From contig NIVC01004309.1 of the NCBI GenBank assembly GCA_002269645.1, positions 1 to 50,947 on the forward strand: 50,947 bases of DNA, read 5' to 3'. The DNA comes from Macrostomum lignano. Lineage: Eukaryota. The notes beneath the pieces were generated by a model. The model saw only the letters and a list, made by a program, of their open reading frames with translations. It made no database searches and had not been told where the DNA came from. Position 1 is the first letter of the stretch; every line of letters starts with the position of its first letter. A program made the position numbers and the translations under genes. Below are positions 12,261-22,184 of the stretch, one piece after another.

Positions 12261-13335
12261 CAGAGTGAAACAGAGTGAAACAGAGTGAAACAGAGTGAAA
12301 CAGAGTGAAACAGAGTGAAACAGAGTGAAACAGAGTGAAACAGAGTGAAACAGAGTGAAACAGAGTGAAACAGAGTGAAACAGAGTGAAACAGAGTGAAA
12401 CAGAGTGAAACAGAGTGAAACAGAGTGAAACAGAGTGAAACAGAGTGAAACAGAGTGAAACAGAGTGAAACAGAGTGAAACAGAGTGAAACAGAGTGAAA
12501 CAGAGTGAAACAGAGTGAAACAGAGTGAAACAGAGTGAAGCAGAGTGAAACAGAGTGAAACAGAGTGAAACAGAGTGAAACAGAGTGAAACAGAGTGAAA
12601 CAGAGTGAAACAGAGTGAAACAGAGTGAAACAGAGTGAAACAGAGTGAAACAGAGTGAAACAGAGTGAAACAGAGTGAAACAGAGTGAAACAGAGTGAAA
12701 CAGAGTGAAACAGAGTGAAACAGAGTGAAACAGAGTGAAACAGAGTGAAACAGAGTGAAACAGAGTGAAACAGAGTGAAACAGAGTGAAACAGAGTGAAA
12801 CAGAGTGAAACAGAGTGAAACAGAGTGAAACAGAGTGAAACAGAGTGAAACAGAGTGAAACAGAGTGAAACAGAGTGAAACAGAGTGAAACAGAGTGAAA
12901 CAGAGTGAAACAGAGTGAAACAGAGTGAAACAGAGTGAAACAGAGTGAAACAGAGTGAAACAGAGTGAAACAGAGTGAAACAGAGTGAAACAGAGTGAAA
13001 CAGAGTGAAACAGAGTGAAACAGAGTGAAACAGAGTGAAACAGAGTGAAACAGAGTGAAACAGAGTGAAACAGAGTGAAACAGAGTGAAACAGAGTGAAA
13101 CAGAGTGAAACAGAGTGAAACAGAGTGAAACAGAGTGAAACAGAGTGAAACAGAGTGAAACAGAGTGAAACAGAGTGAAACAGAGTGAAACAGAGTGAAA
13201 CAGAGTGAAACAGAGTGAAACAGAGTGAAACAGAGTGAAACAGAGTGAAACAGAGTGAAACAGAGTGAAACAGAGTGAAACAGAGTGAAACAGAGTGAAA
13301 CAGAGTGAAACAGAGTGAAACAGAGTGAAACAGAG
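12261..13335. repeat. 10-bp satellite (CAGAGTGAAA) x107
   Basis: Near-perfect array with one variant unit at 12531-12540 (CAGAGTGAAG). Confidence 0.98.
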
Positions 13336-13668
13336 GCAGACAGATACAGACACAGCAGGAGAGAAGCAGTCCAGAAAAAGGCACTGAGGGAGTGGCAAAA
13401 GATTTGAAGCGAAGGTCTGCGTGGGCAGCCAGTGAGCAGTGAGATGTGGGAGCTGGCTGAGCGAGCTATTATAGGCCCAACTCCCTGGCGCAGGAGCAGG
13501 ATCTCACAATTCCCAGTCTGCGACTGCACTTGGCACCTCGTGCAGCCACAAACAGCAGCAATTTCTTTTAAAGAAGTTAATTCTCTCCACAATTTAATTT
13601 AATTTAAGCAACTTTCAAATCTGGGCTGCTTAGTTTAAAAAAAGTGACTTTCTGCCGTTGCTTCCGAA

Positions 13669-13732
13669 ATGCTGCTTCATCTGCGGCCTCAAGTGCTATT
13701 GCTGCTGACTCTGGCTTTGACTGCCACTAGCT
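13669..13732 (+). CDS. Neuropeptide prohormone, coding exon 1 (signal peptide)
   Basis: ATG...MLLHLRPQVLLLLTLALTATS + T, then consensus donor GTAAGT (phase 1). Basic residue followed by a hydrophobic core; phase matches exon 2. Confidence 0.8.
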
Positions 13733-13769
13733 GTAAGTATCGCTCATCTGGTCATATTGTCATGCCATG

Positions 13770-14125
13770 TTCTGCTCATCTGGTCATGTAATGGTCTACT
13801 AATCTAGTCATGTAATGGTCTACTCATCTAGTCATGTAATGGTCTACTCATCTAGTCATATAATGGTCTACTCATCTAGTCATGTAATGGTCTACTCATC
13901 TAGTCATGTAATGGTCTACTCATATTGTCATGTAATGGTCTGCTCATCTAGTCATGTAATGGTCTACTCATCTAGTCATGTAATGGTCTACTCATCTAGT
14001 CATGTAATGGTCTACTCATCTAGTCATGTAATGGTCTACTCATCTAGTCATGTAATGGTCTACTCATCTAGTCATGTAATGGTCTACTTATCTAGTCATG
14101 TAATGGGCTATTTATCTAGTCATTT
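13770..14125. repeat. 24-bp minisatellite (TCTACTCATCTAGTCATGTAATGG), ~15 copies, in intron 1
   Basis: Direct reading; source of ORF 13815-14261. Confidence 0.9.
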
Positions 14126-15041
14126 AATGCTTTGTTTATCCGCTTGTATCAGCAGCGCAATATTAGGCTTACTAAAGTATAATTCCTTTCCTAATTCATC
14201 TAAGCATGCCATCATCCGACAGTCTACTTATCTGTTCATCCATTATCTCCCAACAAAATAAGATTTCGTTGCAATTTTGACTGGGCTAAATTGCACACGA
14301 TCATAATTGATGCATCCACTCGATCCTATTGACAACTTCTTTAGATTGTTTTAATTGATGGCCCCTTAATCGCCAGCTTGTTAATAAATTTTCTACTCCC
14401 CAGTCAAACAGAAAATAACTTCCTCAGCGATTGCAGCGAGAAACCGAATCGGGACAGCTGTAGCGTGCCAGCCAGTCCCCCAGCAGCTCGTTAAAGAACT
14501 CACTAAAAGACATGATAAAATCTTAAGTGAGACAAATGCATTCTTCTTTACAACGTTGGCCTGCCCTAGCTGTCAGACTATGAATTATGAAGAGTACAAG
14601 AAAGGTTCTTCTCAGGCAGACTTGTTCGCCCGCACAGTTGATAATCTGATTTGTCTGTCTCTCTGTTTAGAATGCTATTGACGATCGTCCACGATGCCAT
14701 CCTGAACTCCATCTTTTTACTTCCATTTCGCACCTTCTCTGCCATTTAGAAACAATTTTTAACACATTTTCAAGCAAAGATTGAATAGTGCTTTCTCAAA
14801 ATTTTGTTGCTGCGGAATGCGTCAGAGTTTCAATGAGGAAGAGGAAGAGGATGAGGCGGCTGAGTAGTATCAAAATTTGCTCACGATCGAGTCCTAGTAG
14901 CGGTATTTGATACAATAAGTTTCATTGCTACATCGTCTTCAAAAAGACACTGTGTGCTGCAGTAAACACTGCATACTGATGTCCCTTCAGAAATTCTCTA
15001 CGCCATAGAAATTAGTTCAAGCTCGGTTTTTCTATGATAAT

Positions 15042-15169
15042 ACAATGGATAAATAATCAGCGGTCCCAGTGCGTGACAACGATTGTCTGGCGAGCGCCGG
15101 TAGGTTTTCTAGGCGCGAGCCATAGACAAATCGTTGTCACGTGCTGCGACCGCTGATTCTTTGCATTGT
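15042..15169. repeat. Imperfect palindrome (MITE-like)
   Basis: AATCAGCGGTC..GCGTGACAACGATTGTCT pairs with AGACAAATCGTTGTCACGTG..GACCGCTGATT. Confidence 0.75.
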
Positions 15170-15380
15170 TTTTCTGTTTGACGATCCTACAGACAATGCA
15201 TTGTTTGTAGTAATGGATTGTTATGCATTAAAAATGTGAATAATGATCGTCAAATTGCTAAACAATAACTTGGATGAAGAATTGTTCTGGTGGCAGCAAT
15301 AAAAACATGCTGTCCGAAAATTAGCGAATATACCCAAAAATGCGGAATTCACAGCCCTTCCTTCGCTTATCCTCTTTCAG

Positions 15381-15415
15381 ATAATGGGATCGCTTCAGCC
15401 GAGGAGAAAGCAGAC
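15381..15415 (+). CDS. Neuropeptide prohormone, coding exon 2 (35 nt)
   Basis: Acceptor CCTCTTTCAG, donor GAC|GTAAGA; encodes (Y)NGIASAEEKAD, phase 1 to phase 0. Confidence 0.75.
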
Positions 15416-15490
15416 GTAAGAGTGCCTGTAAATTACGAAAATTACGAATGTTCAATTGACTCAAGTGACTCAACTTGTTTTTTACTGCAG

Positions 15491-16255
15491 GTCCATTCGT
15501 TTGGTTGGAACTCGGTTGGCAGAAATGAACCTTCGGGTGACAAACTAACGCCTGTAGATGAGGCTGATCACATTGAAGCCAAAGAGAAGAAGTGGTTGGG
15601 AAATGGAATCAGGACCAAGCGCTGGCTTGGAGACGGGATCAGAACGAAGCGTTGGCTTGGAGACGGGATCAGGACCAAGCGCTGGCTTGGAGACGGGATC
15701 AGGACCAAGCGCTGGCTTGGAGACGGGATCAGGACCAAGCGCTGGCTTGGAGACGGGATCAGGACCAAACGTTGGCTCGGAGACGGGATCAGGACCAAAC
15801 GTTGGCTCGGAGACGGGATCAGGACCAAACGTTGGCTCGGAGACGGGATCAGGACCAAACGTTGGCTCGGAGACGGGATCAGGACGAAGCGCTGGCTCGG
15901 AGACGGGATCAGGACCAAACGTTGGCTCGGAGACGGGATCAGGACGAAGCGCTGGCTTGGAGACGGGATCAGGACCAAACGTTGGCTCGGAGACGGGATC
16001 AGGACCAAACGTTGGCTCGGAGACGGGATCAGGACGAAGCGCTGGCTTGGAGACGGGATCAGGACCAAACGTTGGCTCGGAGATGGGATCAGGACGAAGC
16101 GCTGGCTTGGAGATGGGATCAGGACCAAACGTTGGCTCGGAGATGGGATCAGGACCAAACGCTGGCTCGGAGACGGGATCAGGACCAAACGTTGGCTCGG
16201 AGACGGGATCAGGACCAAACGTTGGCTCGGAGACGGGATCAGGACAAAGCGCTGA
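15491..16255 (+). CDS. Neuropeptide prohormone, coding exon 3: spacer + 22 basic-site-flanked octapeptides (WLGNGIRT x1, WLGDGIRT x21)
   Basis: Acceptor TTTTACTGCAG. Spacer VHSFGWNSVGRNEPSGDKLTPVDEADHIEAKE-KK, then 22 x 30-nt units (15593-16252) each ending in KR, then TGA. Differences among the 21 D-type units are all at synonymous third positions. Confidence 0.9.
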   Translation, partial: VHSFGWNSVGRNEPSGDKLTPVDEADHIEAKEKKWLGNGIRTKRWLGDGIRTKRWLGDGIRTKRWLGDGIRTKRWLGDGIRTKRWLGDGIRTKRWLGDGIRTKRWLGDGIRTKRWLGDGIRTKRWLGDGIRTKRWLGDGIRTKRWLGDGIRTKRWLGDGIRTKRWLGDGIRTKRWLGDGIRTKRWLGDGIRTKRWLGDGIRTKRWLGDGIRTKRWLGDGIRTKRWLGDGIRTKRWLGDGIRTKRWLGDGIRTKR

Positions 16256-16530
16256 TCCTGAGGAATCGGTAAGATCTTTTGCGACGCGCTATAGAGCGCA
16301 GCATTTTTTAAACTTGCTTTTTTAACAGACACTGAATAGTAAATGCGTTGCTTTGGTTCATTTCAGATTGGAGCCACTGAAGCCTGCTGATCTTCTCAAG
16401 TGATTTTGATTTCAATGCGCTCAGCAGTGCACTGTTTTGAACTTTGAATTAAGGTGTCCTTGCAAAAACTTTGACACTTACAAACGAATCCCATCTTCAT
16501 TGCTGCCGCATATTATTCTATTTTCGGTTT

Positions 16531-16536
16531 AATAAA
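16531..16536 (+). promoter_or_regulatory. Candidate polyadenylation signal of the prohormone gene
   Basis: AATAAA ~280 nt after the stop. A possible 3'-UTR intron (GTAAGA at ~16269 to TTTCAG at ~16366) lies between. Confidence 0.4.
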
Positions 16537-17677
16537 TTCGAAAAAATCGGTCGAAAAGACGTCCTTCGAGCCTGCCGCAGTGCATCGGAATGCATATACT
16601 TTGGCTGCAGAGAGCCTGCCTTTTTGCTTCTTTTTTTAAAAAGCTCATATTTGCGCTCACTAACTCATCATCAGATTATCTACTATTAGAGTTACGTCAG
16701 GCCGTGCGTGACGTCCACAAGTACAGCGTATCCTAACACAGATAACCTACCGATGCATCATCAAATCAAAAGGTACACTTCCATAATTGCTAATAGTATT
16801 AAAACTCACGGCGAAGGCTCCATTAAGACCTGAGCTGTGCTAATATAGTAGAGGGCCGAGTGGACTGTGGCATTAAATGTGCCGCTCGTAAACTAACAAC
16901 ACGTCTGTGATTTTGTCTCAAACTATCAGTCTTATCTTATCTTATCGGGACACGGTGTAGCGATGCTATTTTTCGCAGTGTCATATCAGTTTTATTACTT
17001 TCATTTGTAGTAGTGAAAATCAAAAGCGTCCATGTTGGCCAAGACAGAAACATTTCTATTTACGATTAGGCGAAATAATAATAAACCTGTGCCAAAAAGT
17101 ACTGTCTACGCGTATGACACTAAATTATAAATATCACTAATGGTACAAATTGATACAAAGAACGTTTGCTATTCAAGAAGTATCTGAATTGTAGACCTTC
17201 CCCTGGTATAAATTGGTAACTCAGCTGGGCCTTAGAAAGTAGGGAAAAGAAAGCTACATCAGTGCACAGTTCGAATAGCAGTTCGGTGTCTGCCCACCTA
17301 TTTATAAATTATGCAACCTTTTAGAGCGCAAGAAAATAGCTACGGTTGTCATGCCATCGGCACGAAGTGATCTGATGGATCAGATGTAGAATACAGACAG
17401 TTTCTATCGTTTGTACACAGTACCTTTAGATCGTTGCACGTTTTTATGCTAGATCAACGTGCACTTTTATATAAATTGATTCTATCAAGCAAAATTTGTC
17501 CTAACTGTTTTGCAAGATGAGTGAAGAACGCAAATTAATTACTACAAGTGTACGCAAAAAACGGAGTTCTCTTCACTTTTTCCTACTACTAAGTAGGCAA
17601 ATGTGGGAATTTGAATATATTTTAATTATTACTCAATAAGCGTGTTTAGTTTTCATGTGCTTCAACAACAACAACAG

Positions 17678-18224
17678 CAGGAAAAGGTGGTGAAGTCGAT
17701 CTGGGTACCCCCGCACTGCGGCTTGGCAGGAAACGAGCAGCGAAAGAGGCGTCGACTCGGGCCCAGGACGGCATCAGAGTGCCGGCCAGCAGCAACAAGA
17801 AGTACATCCAGACAAGCTGGGCAGAGACAACGGCAGAAACCACAAGAGAAGCAGGGAAACGTACGGAGAACAGGGAGTGGCGCCCCAGCCGAAGGGCCTG
17901 AGCAAGCAGGATGAGGTTGACTTCAGACGTTTCAGGAGTGGCCACTCTATGGACCCTGCAGAGTACAGGAAGCGTATTGGTAGACAAGAGGAGGGTTGGT
18001 TTACGAGGTGAGCATGGAGGCCGAGACGCTTGAGCATGTCATGGAATACCCCGCCACGCGCAGCCTGAGGGAGAAGCTGGACCTGCATGAGTTACGGGAC
18101 TTGAGTAGGAGGCCAGGGAACGCGGTCAAATTCTGGAAGAAGATCCGTCCGGAAGGACATCACTAGTGGCTCGGTGCAAGGCGCACTCACACACATACAC
18201 ACAGCAGCAGCAGCAACAACAACA
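17678..18224 (+). mobile_element. 5'-truncated, frameshifted non-LTR retrotransposon (RNase H + degenerate CCHC; I-group-like)
   Basis: IWVPPHCGLAGNE matches the RNase H motif WVPxHxGxxGNE. Other frames give DEVDFRRFRSGH...YRKRIG and ETLEHVMEYP (decayed ETxxHxxxxCP), then a stop at 18164-18166 and a (CAG)n(CAA)n tail. Confidence 0.85.
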
Positions 18225-19399
18225 CGTGCCGGCCGCTGCCCAGACTCGGCATACTACCGAAACCGCTCTGGCATCGCGGTTGGTGGCAACTGTCGGCTCT
18301 GCAGCGTCAGCACAAGCGTCAGCAACAGCACCTCCTGCACCAGACAGTAGGACTCGGCTCGGATGATATGGCCTGCCAGCTGGAGTCGCCAACGGCTTAA
18401 CAGTTCGTTGGGACGGGACAGGGCGATGCGGCAATAGAGTGCCGCATTGCTGACTTGCTCGTGGCCGATCTTGCTTGCCGATCGATCTGGCTCGCGCAGC
18501 AGGCCAGCTTGCGTGCTTTAGTGCTTCACACACGCTGTACTCGTATTGTCAGCAGGCCTATACACAAACTCACACACGTTAGGTAGGCTTGTAAAAGTGC
18601 ATGTACACACTCAAGTGTATTGGTGGTTGTCTCGCATGAGCACAAATCGTAATTATCAAAAGCGGGTGAGTCGGAACTCAAAGTCAGATGCAACGTGAGC
18701 CTTTCCAAGCACCTAGCGAGCTTTCAGTAGTTGTCAGTTTTTCAATCTCAATCAACTATCTGTTTTGTTCGAGGTCCATCTGGATCTGGAGTTACAGTAG
18801 AAACTAGCAATCTAGTGCAGCCCCCCTTTGGGGCGCCCAATAAGAAAGGAGCAAAAATAGTTCACGGAAAACAATAAAAAAGCACAGTTTCTTAAACACC
18901 ACTTCCTTCTTCACTTTTAAAAATCACCTTAGCTTGTATTCGGGTAAAATTGTTACGGACAAATTTGTTTTCAAAGTGAAAGAATCATTTTTCTCTAAAA
19001 TTAACAAACAGACAACAAAATATAGCTTCCCCTAAATAGAAAATATTCCCAAGACAGCAAGCACCCCCCTCCAAAAGTAAACAACCGCAGATAGCAAGCA
19101 TCCTCTAATGCTCATAGCAAGCATCACCCCAGGTAAAAGCATCCACTCCACCCAGATAGCAAGCATCCTGCAGATAGCGAGCACCCCCCAGATATTATCG
19201 AAGCATCCACCCAAATAGCAAGCATCCTGCAGATAGCAAGAATCCCTAAATAGCAAGCATCCCTGGATAGAAAGAATCCCATACATGTAGCCAGTACCCC
19301 CCCCCCTCCCAGATAGCAAGTATCCCCCGTCAAGAGCAAGCATCCTCCAGATAGCAAGCATCCGCGAGACAGCAAGTAGCTAGTGCAAATGTTACCTCC

Positions 19400-20930
19400 G
19401 CTAATGCAATAATCGCTTTCTCAGGTTGTGCAACAATCCACGTCTCAGTGAGCGCAATAATCTCTTTTTTAGACAGCGCAATAATCAGCTTCTCAGCTAG
19501 TGCAATAATCCTTTACTCAACAAGTCCAAAAATCGATGTCTCAGCTAGTGCAATAGCCCTTTCTAATCTAGTGCAATAATCCTTGGCTTATCGAGTGCAA
19601 AAATCATTGGTTTATCAAGTGCAATATTCCTTGTTATCAAAGTGCGATAATCCTTGGCTTATCAAGTGCAATATTCTTTATTATCAAGTGCAATAATCCT
19701 TGGTTTATCAAGCGCAGTAATCTTTGGCTTATCAAGTGCAATAATCTTTGGTTTATCAAGCGCAGTAATCTTTGGCTTATCAAGTGCAATAATCTTTGGT
19801 TTATCAAGCGCAATAATCTTTGGTTTATCAAGCGCAGTAATCTTTGGCTTATCAAGTGCAATAATCTTTGGTTTATCAAGCGCAGTAATCTTTGGCTTAT
19901 CAAGTGCAATAATCATTGGCTTATCAAGTGCAATAATACTTGGTTTATCAAGCGCAGTAATCTTTGACTTATCAAGTGCAATAATCCTTGGTGTATCAAA
20001 TGCAATAATCTTTGGCTTATCAAGTGCAATAATCATTGGCTTATCAAGTGCAATAATCTTTGGTTTATCAAGCGCAGTAATCTTTGGCTTATCAAGTGCA
20101 ATAATCCTTGGTGTATCAAATGCAATAATCTTTGGCTTATCAAGTGCAATAATCATTGGCTTATCAAGTGCAATAATCCTTGGTTTATCAAGCGCAGTAA
20201 TCTTTGGCTTATCAAGTGCAAAAATCATTGGCTTATCAAGTGCAATAATCCTTGGTTTATCAAGCGCAGTAATCTTTGGCTTATCAAGTGCAATAATCTT
20301 TGTTTTATCAAGCGCAGTTATCTTTGGCTTATCAAGTGCAATAATCTTTGGTTTATCAAGCGCAGTAATCTTTGGCTTATCAAGTACAATAATCATTGGC
20401 TTATCAAGTGCAATAATCCTTGGTTTATCAAGTGCAAAAATCCTTACAGTAATCCTTGGTTTATTAAATGCAATAACCCTTGGTTTATCAAGTGCAGTAG
20501 TCCTTGGTTTATCAAGTGCAATTATCCTTGGCTTATCAAGTGCAGTAATCCTTGGTTTATCAAGCGCAGTAATCCTTGCTTTATTAAGTGCAATAATCCT
20601 TAGTTTATCAAGCACAGTAATCCTTGGTTTATCAAGTGCAATAATCCTTCCTTTATAAAGTGCAATAACCCTTGGTTTATCAAGTGCAATATTCCTTGAT
20701 TTATCAAGGGAAGTGATCCTTGGTTTATCAAGTGCAATAATCCTTAGTTTATCAAGTGCAATAATCCTTGGTTTATCAAGCGCAGTAATCCTTGGTTTAT
20801 CAAGTGCAGTAATCCTTGGTTTATCAAGTGCAATAATCCTTGGTTTATGAAGCGCAGTAATTCTTGGTTTATCAAGTGCAATAATCCTTGGTTTATCAAG
20901 TGCAGTAATGCTTGGTTTATCTAGCGCCAT
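19400..20930. repeat. 24-bp minisatellite (TTATCAAGTGCAATAATCCTTGGT), ~60 copies, inside unit A
   Basis: Direct reading; source of ORFs 19654-20658 and 19662-20930. Confidence 0.9.
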
Positions 20931-20971
20931 AATTCAGGTCTTTTTAATTAGTTTTTAATAAAAGCTAATAA

Positions 20972-21147
20972 AAAGTAGAAGACATTCTTAGAATAGAAAG
21001 TAGAAGAGATTCTTAGAATAGAAAGTAGAAGACATTCTTAGAATAGAAAGTAGAAGAGATTCTTAGAATACAAAGTAGAAGACATTCTTAGAATACAAAG
21101 TAGAAGAGATTCTTAGAATGCAAAAGTAGAAAAGATTCTTAGAATAG
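20972..21147. repeat. 25-bp tandem repeat (AAAGTAGAAGAGATTCTTAGAATAG), ~7 copies
   Basis: Direct reading. Confidence 0.9.
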
Positions 21148-22184
21148 ATTATATAATTCAACACTCACACCAAGTCAATTAAAGTCGTGTGAGTTAAAGT
21201 CACACGAAGCAGTTATGACATAATCAATTGCTTAGGCAAGTCAGTACCAGTCTCTATTAAAGTTAGCAATATGGTTACGCAATATAAATCAAGTGTTGTG
21301 CTATGCTTCCACACTGCGTTTTCAATACTGTGACGCAATTCAATTCAGTGTCAAAATTCAGCCAGTACACAGACGATAAATAAAAAGCCTATTGTGATGA
21401 TGCAATCTATTTCAGAATCAGAATTCAACCAGTCAGTTTTTTCTCTAGCATTCTTACAATGCATTTCAAGTCGAAAAGTTTGCTTGACCTTTGCAAAAAA
21501 GCTTGTTTTCGAATATTTAATCCCTTTAGCATTTAGCAATTTCTTAGCCAAGATACATGTACCGTCCCGGGAAAATTTCTGATCGAACAGTGCAAATTCT
21601 AACAAAATCCGTGAAGCCATTCAGGAGAAAATCGATTTCGTACAAACAAACAAACATCACATTTTTAGTATATGGACTAGCCATTTAGCCCCCCGCTGGG
21701 GAGCCCTAAAATGACACCAATTGGTTTTTATTTTGACACAAGAGTAACCTTACTATAATTATCCAAAATGTTGATTTCCATTAATCAAAAATTACCTTTT
21801 CTCATTTTGGCAAAAATAAATTGCCATGAATCAGAACTTTCATCAGCCAAAAAAGTTTCCTTCATCAGCCCAAAACCCTTTCTCAATCAGCAAATAGTGC
21901 TGATCCTTTCAAGCACAAACTCTTAGTGCATATCGTCGCTGGCCGGGCATATTCTTATCCGCAGCAAATATGCAAATCACTGACGGCCTTAGACCCTCTC
22001 TTTTAATTAGCCTAAATCAAAGAATGAAACCTTTAATAAATGCGCTGGTATTTCCTATTAGCAGAAATCAGCATCACTTGTGTGTACTATTTCAATATCT
22101 GAACTACATGAGCTACTTCAGCCGTACTACCTGACTATCTGACAATCGCCCAACAACCTAACACCCCTAACAATTCAGCCATCG

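Larger units (their letters stand above)
18804..21676 (-). mobile_element. Non-autonomous Helitron-like unit A (minus-strand array)
   Basis: Plus strand reads A|CTAG...GCCCCCC-TTT-GGGGCGC (3' CTAG + hairpin) at the left end. Minus-strand 5' end TCCATATACTAAAAA at 21676 with a (TTTG)n microsatellite. Confidence 0.6.

Noticed and set aside
12150-13592. Long ORFs (390-480 aa) on the minus strand
   Set aside because: Translations of a perfect 10-bp satellite, open in all three frames; no coding signal.
14400-14870. Possible GPCR-like or acidic-tail coding fragment (…FRNNF…CCCGMRQSFNEEEEEDEAAE)
   Set aside because: Needs a frameshift and a stop read-through, and lies within prohormone intron 1; not supportable.
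15290-15380. ORF-track N-terminus MAAIKTCC... of the prohormone
   Set aside because: Begins at GTG, has no signal peptide and lies upstream of a strong acceptor; it is intron 1 sequence.
15558-16332. Alternative-frame ORFs over the prohormone repeat
   Set aside because: Shadow frames; nucleotide variation is silent only in the WLGDGIRTKR frame.
19654-20930. 334-aa hydrophobic and 422-aa IIALDKPR-repeat ORFs
   Set aside because: A 24-bp minisatellite inside a Helitron-like unit, open on both strands, with no splice or signal context and amino-acid-changing variants.
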